Source: Actinomycetes bacterium
GTDB taxonomy: Bacteria; Actinomycetota; Actinomycetes; Mycobacteriales; Mycobacteriaceae
Reading direction: 5' to 3'
NCBI GenBank assembly: GCA_023461275.1
Contig: JAEYMI010000022.1
Span: forward strand, 30,829 to 94,828
DNA: 64,000 bases
Of this stretch, positions 30,080-39,688 are shown piece after piece. The translations under genes were made by a program, and so were the position numbers. Below the pieces are notes generated by a model. It saw only the letters and a program-made list of their open reading frames with translations, did not search any database and was not told the DNA's origin. Every line of letters begins with the position of its first letter. Positions within the stretch are counted from its first letter, which is position 1.

Positions 30080-32308
30080 GTGACAGTGAGTCGCAGGACG
30101 TCGGGTCCACGGGACCCCGGTTCGCAGGGCAATGGCCCGGCGGATGACGACCCCGGGAACGACAAACCCCGGGGCACGCCGCGTCGATCCCGACGAGCGG
30201 CACGTCAGCAGGGCGACGACAAGAACTTCCGCGACATGTACGGCGAAGCGCCGCCGAACGACGTCCCCGCGCATGGCCAGCTGACCGAACCACGCTCCGC
30301 CGACCGCTACGTCCGCGGCCGCAGCAGGCTCACCGTCCGCGAGCTGATGGCTCAGATGAACGCCGAGGACGCCGGCCCCGACGAACGGCCGACCAGAGCT
30401 GTTCCCGTCGCACCGGTTCAGCGCTCCTCTACCCGTCGCTCGTCGATTCCGCAGGACGACGGCCACCCCGCGGACGACTCGGTCACCCAGGCCATCCCGA
30501 CGATCAAGGACGCGCCCGCCGAACCCGGCGTCGACCTTTCCGACGATGCCACCGCACGGCGTGTCATCGAAGAATCCCGTGCCCAGGAATCCCACGCCCC
30601 GGATGCCTCCGACGGCGAGGTCCCCGCGGCCCTGGTCGGAGCCCAGGTCGCGCCCCTGCAGCGCACGCCCGATCTCACCGACGCGATCCCGAAGGTCACA
30701 TCCGGCCGACGACGTGCGTCGGACTCGGCGGGCGCGCGCCCGGGCCCTCGTCGCCACCAACCGTCGACGCCGGCCGACCGACGCCGGGGCATCGCCCGCA
30801 GCGCCACGGTCACCGGCCGCATCCTGGTCACCATCGCGTGTGTCACCGCGCTCGTCGGCACCGGCTTCGTCTGGGGCTACCTCAAGTCGTGGAACGGCAA
30901 CTGGAAGACCATCGCGGCGCTGAACTCCGAAGACTCCAACATCCGCAACAAGGACGCCCAGTACGGCGACGAGAACTACCTGATCGTCGGTACCGACACC
31001 CGTACGGGCAAGAACAGCACCGTCGGCGCGGGCACCGTCGCCGACGCCGAGGGCGCCCGGTCGGACACCGTGATCCTGGTGAACATTCCGGCCAACCGCA
31101 GCCGGGTGGTCGCGGTGTCGTTCCCCCGCGACCTGCAGGTCGATCGGCCCGAATGCCAGACCTGGGACAACAACTCCGGCACCTATTCCGGCGAGCTACC
31201 CGGCGCCGACGGGGTGAAGCTGAACAGCGTCTACGCCGACGGCGGACCGAAATGCCTGGTCAAGGTCATTACGGAGATGAGTGGCCTGAACATCAACCAC
31301 TTCATCGCGATGGACTTCTATGGCTTTGAAAAGGTCGTCCGGTCGATCGGTGGCGTCGAGGTCTGTTCCACGACGCCCCTCTACGACTACGAGCTCGGCC
31401 AGATCCTGCGTAAACCGGGCAAGCAGAAGCTCACCGGCAAGCGCGCACTGAACTACGTCCGCGCACGCAATATCTCGACCGAGGGCAACGGCGACTACGG
31501 CCGCATCAAACGCCAACAGCTGTTCATGTCGTCGCTGCTGCGGTCGACGTTGTCGGGCAACGTGATGAGCAATCCCACCAAGCTCAACGGCATCGTCAAC
31601 ACCTTCATCGACTACAGCTTCGTCGACGGCGTCGACACCCAGTCGCTGCTGCGGCTGGCGGAATCAATGCAGGGCATCGAGGCGGGACGCGTGACGTTCC
31701 TGACGATCCCGACCGCAGGCACCACCACCGACGGATCGAACAACGAGATCCCACGGACCGACGACATCAACGCCATCTTCAACGCGATCATCGACGACAA
31801 GCCGTTGCCAGGTGAGAAGCGCAAGAAGGCGGCCGCGGAGTCGACGACGTCATCGAGTGCCCCGACGTCGACCAAGCCGGCCGGCCCGACGAAGGTCTCG
31901 GCCACGGCCCAGAACCCCGGCAATGTCGGCGTCCGCGTCCTCAACGGCACCGGCCGGGCCGGAACCGCCGCCGAGACCGCCAGCCAGCTCAGCCCCTACG
32001 GCTTCGATGTCCGCGGTGTCGCCGACGCGTCGGAGAACCGCGACACGACCGTCGTCCGGTACGGGACGGGCGAGCAGAACTCCGCAGCGACCCTGGCCGC
32101 GATGTTCCCGGGCGCATCGATCCAGTTGGATCGGACGGTGAAGTCCGGGGTCGAGGTCATTCTGGGCAGCGATTTCTCCGGTTCGCCCGATTCTCCGCCC
32201 GCTCCCGGCAGCACGCTGTCCACCGAGCAGTTGCCGCAGGCGAGCAATACGTCGAATCTGCCCAACGATCTCGCGGTGACCAACGCCGGCGACGCCACCT
32301 GCACTTGA
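30080..32308 (+). CDS. LCP (LytR-CpsA-Psr) family cell-wall glycopolymer ligase with LytR_C domain
   Basis: Basic disordered N-terminus, one TM helix, LCP core (LIVGTDTR...RSDTVILVNIP...SFPRDL) and a C-terminal VRVLNGTGRAGTA LytR_C motif. Confidence 0.85.
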   Translation: MTVSRRTSGPRDPGSQGNGPADDDPGNDKPRGTPRRSRRAARQQGDDKNFRDMYGEAPPNDVPAHGQLTEPRSADRYVRGRSRLTVRELMAQMNAEDAGPDERPTRAVPVAPVQRSSTRRSSIPQDDGHPADDSVTQAIPTIKDAPAEPGVDLSDDATARRVIEESRAQESHAPDASDGEVPAALVGAQVAPLQRTPDLTDAIPKVTSGRRRASDSAGARPGPRRHQPSTPADRRRGIARSATVTGRILVTIACVTALVGTGFVWGYLKSWNGNWKTIAALNSEDSNIRNKDAQYGDENYLIVGTDTRTGKNSTVGAGTVADAEGARSDTVILVNIPANRSRVVAVSFPRDLQVDRPECQTWDNNSGTYSGELPGADGVKLNSVYADGGPKCLVKVITEMSGLNINHFIAMDFYGFEKVVRSIGGVEVCSTTPLYDYELGQILRKPGKQKLTGKRALNYVRARNISTEGNGDYGRIKRQQLFMSSLLRSTLSGNVMSNPTKLNGIVNTFIDYSFVDGVDTQSLLRLAESMQGIEAGRVTFLTIPTAGTTTDGSNNEIPRTDDINAIFNAIIDDKPLPGEKRKKAAAESTTSSSAPTSTKPAGPTKVSATAQNPGNVGVRVLNGTGRAGTAAETASQLSPYGFDVRGVADASENRDTTVVRYGTGEQNSAATLAAMFPGASIQLDRTVKSGVEVILGSDFSGSPDSPPAPGSTLSTEQLPQASNTSNLPNDLAVTNAGDATCT

Positions 32309-32353
32309 GTGTTTTCCACCAAACCGCCTGGTGAAAGTCCTATGTTGTCGTTC

Positions 32354-32375
32354 GTTCATAGGCTGTTCACCGTGT
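32354..32375 (+). promoter_or_regulatory. PHO-box-like pair of 11-nt direct repeats upstream of phoU
   Basis: GTTCATAGGCT and GTTCACCGTGT. The GTTCA(CC) units have 11-bp periodicity, as in actinomycete PhoP-type boxes. Confidence 0.4.
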
Positions 32376-32403
32376 GAGATAGGGTTACGCAGGCCAGTCG
32401 TCG

Positions 32404-32409
32404 TAGGCT
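32404..32409 (+). promoter_or_regulatory. Candidate -10 (TAGGCT) 7 nt upstream of the phoU ATG (leaderless mRNA likely)
   Basis: The sequence reads TAGGCTTTCTCGTATG. Confidence 0.35.
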
Positions 32410-32416
32410 TTCTCGT

Positions 32417-33079
32417 ATGCGTACCGCGTACCACGATCAGCTTGATGAGCTGAATGAGATTCTCGGCGAAATGTGTGAGCTCGCCGGCGCCGCCATGGCC
32501 CGCGCCACCCAGGCACTGCTGCAGGCCGACCTCGCCGTCGCCGAAGAGGTCATCACCGACAACGAGAAGATGTCCGGGCTCTCGGCAACCGCCGAGGAAC
32601 GAGCTTTTGCACTGCTCGCACTGCAGGCACCGGTTGCCGGTGATCTGCGCGGCGTGGTGAGTGCATTCCAGATTGTCGCCGACATCGACCGCATGGGCGC
32701 ACTCGCGCTGCACGTCGCGAAGGTCGCCCGCCGACGCCATCCGGCCAAGGCCCTCCCCGAAGAGGTCAACGGCTACTTCGCCGAGATGGGACGGCTGGCG
32801 GTTGCGCTGGCCAACACCGCGCGCGAAGTGCTCAGGACGCAGGACCCCGAGGACGCGATCAGCCTGCAGGAAGACGACGACGCGATGGATGATCTCCATC
32901 GCCACCTGTTCACCGTCCTGATGGACCGTGACTGGGAGCACGGAGTGGCATCGGCCGTCGACGTCACCCTGCTCGGCCGCTACTACGAGCGGTTCGCCGA
33001 CCACGCGGTGCTGATCGGTCGTCGGGTGGTCTTCCAGGCCACCGGCCAGACGCCCGAGCAGTTCCTCGAGGTGTCCTAG
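32417..33079 (+). CDS. phoU: Phosphate signalling complex protein PhoU
   Basis: 220 aa with two PhoU repeats (DxxxD motifs). It lies adjacent to pstSCAB. Confidence 0.92.
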   Translation: MRTAYHDQLDELNEILGEMCELAGAAMARATQALLQADLAVAEEVITDNEKMSGLSATAEERAFALLALQAPVAGDLRGVVSAFQIVADIDRMGALALHVAKVARRRHPAKALPEEVNGYFAEMGRLAVALANTAREVLRTQDPEDAISLQEDDDAMDDLHRHLFTVLMDRDWEHGVASAVDVTLLGRYYERFADHAVLIGRRVVFQATGQTPEQFLEVS

Positions 33080-33112
33080 TCTCGGGTTCTAGCCTGACCC
33101 CGCACTCTCGTT

Positions 33113-33254
33113 GAGGGCGCCCTCCGCATCGTCGAGGGCGCCCTTTTCGACGTCCACGGCGCCCAGCAGCGCGTCGACAGCGCCCTCCCCGACATCGACA
33201 GCGCCCAACAGCGCGTCGACAGCGCCCTCCCCGACATCGACAGCGCCCTCCCTC
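33113..33254 (-). repeat. Array of 21-bp GGGCGC-type units, inverted orientation (includes a 2x 42-bp higher-order repeat)
   Basis: The pair GCGCCCAGCAGCGCGTCGACA / GCGCCCTCCCCGACATCGACA is repeated twice (33159-33242), with degenerate flanking units. Confidence 0.8.
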
Positions 33255-33390
33255 TTGCAGATCGAGTAGCTGGTCGGAGGAGCGCAGCGAGCCCGAACTG
33301 CGTATATCGAGATCACGTGACGGGGTTTCGATACGGTCCCACCCGCTGCGCTCGCAGGACCTACTCAACCCGCATAAAAGCCGTGCGAGT

Positions 33391-33508
33391 GGGCGCCATC
33401 GATGCCAGGCCGGGCGCCGTCGATGCCAGGCCGGGCGCCATCGATGCCAGGGTGGGCGCCGTCAACGCGAGCGAGGGCGCCGTCAACGGGAGCGAGGGCG
33501 CCGTCGAG
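33391..33508 (+). repeat. Tandem array of 21-bp GGGCGCC(A/G)TCGATGCCAGGCC-type units (5.6 copies)
   Basis: Units start at 33391, 33412, 33433, 33454, 33475 and 33496. This is the same family as 25720-25824. Confidence 0.85.
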
Positions 33509-33513
33509 AAACA

Positions 33514-33544
33514 AGAAAGCCCCCGGGATCACCGGGGGCTTTCT
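33514..33544. terminator. Strong hairpin terminator between convergent phoU and pstB
   Basis: AGAAAGCCCCCGG-GATCA-CCGGGGGCTTTCT has a 13-bp perfect stem. Confidence 0.75.
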
Positions 33545-33590
33545 TCACTGAGTCCGACGTCGTAGACAGGCCGGGCCCCAGTCGAACCGA

Positions 33591-34367
33591 CTAGCCGAAG
33601 CGGCCGGAGATGTAATCCTCGGTCTCGCGCTTGGTCGGGTTGGAGAAGATGGTCTCTGTGTCGTTGATCTCGACGAGCTGGCCGGGCTGACCGACGCCTT
33701 CGAGGTTGAAGAACGCGGTCTGGTCGCTGACGCGGGCGGCCTGCTGCATGTTGTGGGTCACGATGACGATGGTGTACTCCTTCTTGAGCTCACCCATCAG
33801 GTCTTCGATCGCCAGCGTCGAGATCGGGTCGAGCGCCGAGCACGGCTCGTCCATCAGCAGCACGTCGGGCGACACCGCGATCGCGCGCGCGATGCACAGA
33901 CGCTGCTGCTGACCACCCGACAGACCACCACCGGGCTTGTCGAGACGATCCTTGACCTCTTCCCACAGGTTCGCGCCGCGCAGGCTGCGCTCGCACACCT
34001 CGTTGAGCTGGGTCTTGTTGCGCACCCCGGACAGTCGCAGCCCGGCAACGACGTTGTCGCGAATCGACATGGTGGGGAACGGGTTCGGACGCTGGAACAC
34101 CATGCCGATGGTGGCCCGCACGCTCGTCGGGTTGATGCCCTTGGCGTAGATGTCCTCACCGTCGAGCAGCACCGATCCGACGGCGTAGGCGCCCGGGATC
34201 TCCTCGTGCATCCGGTTCAGGGTCCGCAGCACGGTGGACTTGCCGCAGCCCGACGGCCCGATGAATGCCGTGATGCTGTGCGGCGGAACCGACAGTGTCA
34301 CGTCTTTCACTGCGTGGAACTTGCTGTAGTAGACGTTCAGGTCTTTGATGTCGAGGCGTTTGGCCAT
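33591..34367 (-). CDS. pstB: Phosphate ABC transporter ATP-binding protein
   Basis: Walker [10 protein letters not shown], signature LSGGQQQRL and Walker B LLMDEP. Confidence 0.95.
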   Translation of the reverse strand: MAKRLDIKDLNVYYSKFHAVKDVTLSVPPHSITAFIGPSGCGKSTVLRTLNRMHEEIPGAYAVGSVLLDGEDIYAKGINPTSVRATIGMVFQRPNPFPTMSIRDNVVAGLRLSGVRNKTQLNEVCERSLRGANLWEEVKDRLDKPGGGLSGGQQQRLCIARAIAVSPDVLLMDEPCSALDPISTLAIEDLMGELKKEYTIVIVTHNMQQAARVSDQTAFFNLEGVGQPGQLVEINDTETIFSNPTKRETEDYISGRFG

Positions 34368-34395
34368 GGTGGTACCTTCAGTCGCTTTTCTTCGG

Positions 34396-35325
34396 CTATT
34401 TGGTCTTGGGGGCGAGATACTTCGCGAGCATCGCCGCGATCACGTTGAGTACCGCGATGATGATGATCAGCGTGAGAGCCGCACCCCAGTAGTAGAACGA
34501 CGATGCCGGCTGGCTGGCCGCCCACATGTCCTTGATGAACAACGGGAGCGAATTCATGCCGCCCTCTAAGGGATCGGTCTTGACCAGCGAGCTCGCCGGA
34601 CCGGCCAGGATGAGGACCGGAGCGGTCTCACCCATCACGCGGGCGATCGCGAGGAAGATGCCCGAGAGCATGCCCGACATCGCCGTGGGGATGACGATCC
34701 GCATGATCGTCTTCCACTTCGGGATACCGAGTGCGTACGACGCCTCGCGCAGCTCGTCGGGAACGAGCTTGAGCATCTCCTCACAGGAGCGCACGACGAT
34801 CGGCACCATCAGCAGGATCAGCGCCAGGCTGACCATGAATGCGCTTTGCCCCATCGACAGTCCGATGACGAACACGGTGAAGATGAACAGCGTCGCCACG
34901 ATCGACGGCACGCCGGCGAGGATGTCGACCATGAAGCTGACCGGCTTGACCAGCTTCGATGTCGGGTACTCGACCAGCATGACCGCGGTCATCACCGCGA
35001 TCGGCACCGAGATCACCGTCGCGATGAGTGCCTGGATGATCGACCCGACGATAGCGGGCGCAACACCGGCACCGTACTGCGTCGTGGTGTCGATGCCGTA
35101 GCCGTCGCCGAACCACCAGTTGGGGTCGGTGATGGCTGAGAAGCCTTGGGAGATAACCGTTCCCATCAACCAGACGAGCGGGATAACGCCCAGCACAAAG
35201 CATACACCGAACACGACCCACGCGAGATTGTTGCGGATCTTCCGCGAGGTCGAGATCTGCTTGAAGGCCGTGGGGCTCTGCTTGGCAGGCCCGCCTCCGG
35301 AGACCTCGTCGACTGTGAGCGTCAT
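34396..35325 (-). CDS. pstA: Phosphate ABC transporter permease PstA
   Basis: 309-aa permease with an EAA-like loop ([13 protein letters not shown]). Confidence 0.9.
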   Translation of the reverse strand: MTLTVDEVSGGGPAKQSPTAFKQISTSRKIRNNLAWVVFGVCFVLGVIPLVWLMGTVISQGFSAITDPNWWFGDGYGIDTTTQYGAGVAPAIVGSIIQALIATVISVPIAVMTAVMLVEYPTSKLVKPVSFMVDILAGVPSIVATLFIFTVFVIGLSMGQSAFMVSLALILLMVPIVVRSCEEMLKLVPDELREASYALGIPKWKTIMRIVIPTAMSGMLSGIFLAIARVMGETAPVLILAGPASSLVKTDPLEGGMNSLPLFIKDMWAASQPASSFYYWGAALTLIIIIAVLNVIAAMLAKYLAPKTK

Positions 35326-36404
35326 CCGTTGACCTTTCCACCGGCGACCGTACGGGCGACCGCGTTGACGACGAAGGTCAGTACGAAGAGCACCAGACCG
35401 GCTGCAATGTAAGCACTTTGGGTGTCCCGGCTACCGATGAACTCACCGACGTCGCGGGCGATCTTCGACGCGAAGGTGTCGCCGCCCTCGAACAGCGACC
35501 ACTTGAGCCGACCGACCGCGGCACTCAGGATGATCATCACCGCGATCGTCTCACCGAGAGCTCGACCGAGGGCGAGCATGGCGCCGGCGATGATGCCCGA
35601 CCGGCTGTACGGGAACGAGGTCATCCGGATGACCTCCCACTTGGTGGCGCCCAGCGCGAGCGCCGCCTCTTTCTGCCCACTCGGGGTCTGCCGCAGCACT
35701 TCTCGGCTGATCGAGGTGATGATGGGGAGCATCATGATCGCGAGCACGATGCCGGCGGTGAAGATGGTGCCGCCACCGCTGATCGACGTCTTGCCGGTGC
35801 CGAAGAGGAAGAACCATCCGAAGGTCGAGTTCAGCCATTCGGCGAACGGCGCGATCACCGGCGCGAGGATGTAGATACCCCACAGACCGAAGATGATCGA
35901 CGGGACCGCGGCCAGCAGGTCGATGACCGCGGCCATCGGCCGCGAGATCCGCGAGGGCGCGTACTCCACCAGGAACACCGCGATACCGATCGCGACCGGG
36001 GTCGCGATGGCCAGCGCGAAGAACGAGCTGAGGACGGTGGCGCGGAACAACTCCCAGATGCCGAACCGAACGTTGTCGTCGTCGAAGTTGGCTGCGCCGA
36101 CGTTCCAGTCGGAGGAGAAGATGAAGTTGGCATTGTTGGCGACCAACGCCGGGATGGCGTCGATGACCAGCGATATGCCGATCGCCGTGATCAAGATGAT
36201 CACGAACAGACCGGTACCGCGCGCCAGATAGGAGAAGATCCGGTCGGCCGCGGCTCCCCGGTGGCTGCTCAGGCCCGGGTGAATGTGTTCTTCGATGTCT
36301 CGTTCGTCTTCTGGACTCAGGTTGGTCTCCGGGTCGTCGTCCGGGGAGCCCGGCGGGGTTGCCGCCGGGCTCCGGTCGACGCCGGTGGTGTCATCCACTG
36401 ACAT
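35322..36404 (-). CDS. pstC: Phosphate ABC transporter permease PstC
   Basis: 360-aa permease ([12 protein letters not shown]). It overlaps the pstA start. Confidence 0.9.
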   Translation of the reverse strand: MSVDDTTGVDRSPAATPPGSPDDDPETNLSPEDERDIEEHIHPGLSSHRGAAADRIFSYLARGTGLFVIILITAIGISLVIDAIPALVANNANFIFSSDWNVGAANFDDDNVRFGIWELFRATVLSSFFALAIATPVAIGIAVFLVEYAPSRISRPMAAVIDLLAAVPSIIFGLWGIYILAPVIAPFAEWLNSTFGWFFLFGTGKTSISGGGTIFTAGIVLAIMMLPIITSISREVLRQTPSGQKEAALALGATKWEVIRMTSFPYSRSGIIAGAMLALGRALGETIAVMIILSAAVGRLKWSLFEGGDTFASKIARDVGEFIGSRDTQSAYIAAGLVLFVLTFVVNAVARTVAGGKVNG

Positions 36405-36457
36405 ATCTCAGTTCACTCACTCGGGGTTGTCGATTCTTTGTTGGGGGAAATCCGGTG

Positions 36458-37582
36458 TTACTGGATCGCCGAGATGGAAGCGTTCAGCTTCGTCTGGAAA
36501 TCAGCAGGCAGCGGAATGTAACCGGCATTCTGCAGCTCCTGGCCCTGGTTCTGCGGGCTGGCGGCAACAGACAGGAAGGTCTTGACGCCCTGACCGATTG
36601 CGGCATCCGGGTACTTGGAGCACACGATGGAATATGTTGCCAGAACGATCGGGTAGGCGCCCGCCTGCGTCGGCTTGTAGAACGACGAGGTGTCGATGAC
36701 CATGTTGTGGTTGTCCGGACCGTTCTTCAGGGTGGCCGACTCGATGGTCTTGCCGCCGGACTCAGCGGTCAGTGCAACACCGGTCTTGTCCTGGTCGGTG
36801 ATGATCTTGGCCATCGCCAGCTTGTTGGACTGGGCGAAGGCCCACTCGACGTAGGCGATCGAACCGTTGGTCGGCGTCACCGCGCCACCCACACCGGGGT
36901 TGCCCTGCTTGCCCTCGCCGACGCCACCGTTGAAGGTCTTGCCCGCGCCCTTGTCCCAGCCGCCGGCAGCGGTCAGGTACTTCTGGAAGTTGTCGGTGGT
37001 GCCGGACTGGTCGGCACGGTAGATCACCGAGATGGCCAGGTCAGGGAAGGTCTTGCCCTCGTTCTCAGCGGCGATGGCCGGATCATTCCAGTTCTTGATC
37101 GCACCGGAGAAGATCTTGGCCAGAGTCGGTCCCGACAGTGCGACGTCGGAGACGCCCGGCACGTTGTAGACCACTGCGATCGGGCCGAACACGAGCGGCA
37201 GCTGCCACGCCTCGGCACCGCCGCAACGCTGTGCGGCCGGAGCGACTTCGGCTTCCTTCAGCGGCGAGTCGGAGCCGCCGAAGTCGGTGAGGTTCTGGGT
37301 GAAATCGGACACACCCTGGCCCGAACCGCCACCACCGTACGAGAGTTCGTAGCCAGGGCAGGTCTTGGCGAACGATGTCGAGAAGATCTTCATCGCGTTG
37401 GCCTGAGCGGTCGAACCGCTCGCCTTCAGCGACTGCTTGCCTTCACATTTGATGTCGGCAACCTTGGATGCGGGCGCCGCGGACTCGGTGCCCTTATCGG
37501 CGTTGCTGCTGCAGGCCCCCAGGACCAGCGCCGACGTCGCAAGTGCCGACGCTACGGCCACGCTGGAACGACTCAGTTTCAC
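36458..37582 (-). CDS. pstS: Phosphate-binding lipoprotein PstS
   Basis: A GTG start is preceded by GGAGGA at 5 nt. Lipobox LVLGAC. Contains GSTAQ and SGTTDNF phosphate-binding motifs. Confidence 0.9.
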   Translation of the reverse strand: MKLSRSSVAVASALATSALVLGACSSNADKGTESAAPASKVADIKCEGKQSLKASGSTAQANAMKIFSTSFAKTCPGYELSYGGGGSGQGVSDFTQNLTDFGGSDSPLKEAEVAPAAQRCGGAEAWQLPLVFGPIAVVYNVPGVSDVALSGPTLAKIFSGAIKNWNDPAIAAENEGKTFPDLAISVIYRADQSGTTDNFQKYLTAAGGWDKGAGKTFNGGVGEGKQGNPGVGGAVTPTNGSIAYVEWAFAQSNKLAMAKIITDQDKTGVALTAESGGKTIESATLKNGPDNHNMVIDTSSFYKPTQAGAYPIVLATYSIVCSKYPDAAIGQGVKTFLSVAASPQNQGQELQNAGYIPLPADFQTKLNASISAIQ

Positions 37583-37674
37583 AGAATTCCTCCACATTAA
37601 AAACACGGCCGTACGCCAGTGCGTCGAACCCGGTCGAAACGACCCTAGGGAGGCCTGATGGACAGACCCCCTTG

Positions 37675-37696
37675 GGAAGGTGAACGGAAGATGAAT
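37675..37696 (-). promoter_or_regulatory. PHO-box-like pair of 11-nt direct repeats upstream of pstS
   Basis: The minus strand reads ATTCATCTTCC GTTCACCTTCC (9/11 identical units), about 93 nt upstream of the pstS GTG. Confidence 0.45.
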
Positions 37697-37886
37697 TGAA
37701 CCCACGTTGAGCGGTATTAAGGCAGGTTAACTAGTCAATTCGCCGAATGAACATATGGCCGAACGCGATATATCGGTCGGCCCGCGGGCAACGATACGAC
37801 GTGCGGGCCGACACACTGGGGGCAAGCGATATGGACCTGGAACGACTGCTGGGCGAGCTCGCCCAACTGCAGCATGAAGTCGATCT

Positions 37887-38132
37887 GTGTTGGCTGCCGG
37901 CACCGGCATCGGCGCGATCCCGGCTGCGATTGCGGGCGTACTGTCGGTATCAAAAGTGTTGGCGTGGATAGGAATTGCCATCACCGGCGCGGTGGCCATC
38001 ATCTCGACGACGGTCACTCAGGTGCAGGCCCTGAACGTGGAGACCAACAACGGACTCGCGTTTCCCGACGGCGTATGGCCGAAGGCCGTCACCGGTCGAT
38101 ACGACGATGCCTCGCGATGGGTGGCGAAGTGA
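37887..38132 (+). CDS. Hypothetical small membrane protein (possibly a frameshifted longer gene starting at ATG 37831)
   Basis: 81-aa ORF with high GC3 and two hydrophobic segments. An upstream frame encodes MDLERLLGELAQLQHEVDL and ends where this one opens. Confidence 0.35.
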   Translation: MLAAGTGIGAIPAAIAGVLSVSKVLAWIGIAITGAVAIISTTVTQVQALNVETNNGLAFPDGVWPKAVTGRYDDASRWVAK

Positions 38133-38292
38133 CGCACGAACCGTGGGGCTCCCCGCGGCGGTAGGCGTCGTCGGACTCGTGGCGGTCATCGTCCTGGCCC
38201 GACGTCGACCGCCCGCGAGGCGAGCGATCCGGATCACGATGGCATCGAACGCATCGCGACGCAGGCCGCCCCCCGGCCGGGCGGAACTACCC

Positions 38293-38304
38293 GGTTAGGG
38301 TGCC
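38293..38304 (+). promoter_or_regulatory. Shared promoter-like motif GGTTAGGGTGCC (-10 TAGGGT)
   Basis: It lies about 40 nt upstream of ATG 38345. It differs at 2 of 12 positions from GGTTAGGCTACC at 39640. Confidence 0.35.
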
Positions 38305-38344
38305 CTTTGGTAGCCTCGTCGCAGATTCTGATGAGCCATCTCTC

Positions 38345-39622
38345 ATGACCGTCACCTCGTCGACGCCACACCAACGTTTGCTCCGGCTGACCCGGTCGGG
38401 TACCCGCGTGGCCGCGGTCGATCTGCAGCACAGTCATCGTCGTTCCGCCGCGATCTTCGGCCCCGTCGCTGTCCCTGATCGCGTCGAAGCCATCCGACGT
38501 CTTCGCGCGATGGTCGACGCGGGCCCGGCACTGCGACTGTGTCTGCAACCGTCGACGACGTCACGACGATGGCGTCGCGCCGACGCCGACATCGCCGACG
38601 CGGTCATCGAGGTCCCTGATTCGCACGACCCCCTGGTGTTACTCGACCGACTACACCGCCTCCCCGAGTCCGGACTGCGGGTGGCGCTCGCCGGCAACTA
38701 CGTCGCCATCGATTTCAGCCATGGCCTCGGGGACACCGCGTTCTGCCAGGCCGTCGCCGACGTCGTGGTCGGCGCGGTCACGCTCGACGACCCGCACTGG
38801 GACGCCTATCGCCATCGGGTGTCCCCGCTGGCGGCGGCCGGCCTGGCGACCTTCGGGTCAGATCCCCGACGACTCTGGCGGTTGGGCGGCCTGCACCGTC
38901 GTCGCCCGATCCCCGACCCGGGACCGGCCGGCGATCCACACCCGGTCTCGCGCACCGCGCCCACCGCCCGGATGGTTCGCCTTCCCGCCGACGACGTCGC
39001 CCGGCTGCGCACGCTACGCGACCGGCATCGTCCGGGGGTTTCGATGTTCGCCATCTACACGATCGCGCTCATCCGAGCACTGTCCGACGCCGGGATCTCG
39101 CTGACACCCGCGGTCACCATCCCCTTCGACGTCAGGCCCTACCTGCCCGCCGGCATCGACACCCTCGCGACGTTCTCGGCCGGGCTGGCCTTCCCGATCG
39201 GGCCCGACACCGCACCCCACAGCCTGCAGGCGCTGCTGACCGAGTCGGCCTCATGCGGACGTCCGGTGGCCAACATGCTGGTCAGTACCGCCAAGATCCG
39301 GCTCGCGTCCCGCGAACAACTCGCCGCCGACCACTGGGCACTCGTCGGCGACACCCCGCGAGCCGACCTGCTGCATTCGTTCGTCGGGCGGCTTCCGCAG
39401 ACCGACGCGATCAGGTTTCTCGATCCCGCCGCGGCGTCGAATTACACGGTGAGCGACCCGATTTCACCGCGGGGGATCACCGTGACGTCGGCGATGATCG
39501 GCGACGGCGCCCTGTGCATGTCGGCGGCATTTCACGACGAGCATCTGGATGCGGATCGGATCGACCGGGCGATCTCCGGCATTGCGGGTGCGATCGAGTC
39601 CACGATCAGGACGCCAGGTTAG
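38345..39622 (+). CDS. Condensation-domain-like (PapA/WS-type HxxxD) acyltransferase, putative
   Basis: About 425 aa. The motif FSHGLGD lies about 130 aa from the N-terminus, where C-domain HHxxxDG sits. No other family is recognised. The ORF-track frame starts at 38300. Confidence 0.4.
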   Translation: MTVTSSTPHQRLLRLTRSGTRVAAVDLQHSHRRSAAIFGPVAVPDRVEAIRRLRAMVDAGPALRLCLQPSTTSRRWRRADADIADAVIEVPDSHDPLVLLDRLHRLPESGLRVALAGNYVAIDFSHGLGDTAFCQAVADVVVGAVTLDDPHWDAYRHRVSPLAAAGLATFGSDPRRLWRLGGLHRRRPIPDPGPAGDPHPVSRTAPTARMVRLPADDVARLRTLRDRHRPGVSMFAIYTIALIRALSDAGISLTPAVTIPFDVRPYLPAGIDTLATFSAGLAFPIGPDTAPHSLQALLTESASCGRPVANMLVSTAKIRLASREQLAADHWALVGDTPRADLLHSFVGRLPQTDAIRFLDPAAASNYTVSDPISPRGITVTSAMIGDGALCMSAAFHDEHLDADRIDRAISGIAGAIESTIRTPG

Positions 39623-39639
39623 CCTTTCCTTAGGTGGTG

Positions 39640-39651
39640 GGTTAGGCTACC
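39640..39651 (+). promoter_or_regulatory. Shared promoter-like motif GGTTAGGCTACC (-10 TAGGCT)
   Basis: It lies 38 nt upstream of the GTG at 39689. The 10-mer TTAGGCTACC recurs upstream of the GT2 gene at 60825 (minus strand). Confidence 0.4.
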
Positions 39652-39688
39652 AAGGCTTACCTTACCTGCGATCGAAGGTTTTCAGTCC

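Noticed and set aside
33089-33565. Two divergent small ORFs (33089-33316 minus, 33317-33565 plus) translating the 21-bp arrays as GAV(D/N)xxx heptad-repeat proteins. ORF 25718 begins in the same way.
   Set aside because: No RBS is present. Both start from the same CACGTG palindrome, an artefact of ORF calling. The plus-strand ORF reads through the strong pstB/phoU terminator hairpin. The repeat family occurs at 3' gene ends in either orientation, which fits a DNA-level repeat better than a gene. This is not fully excluded.
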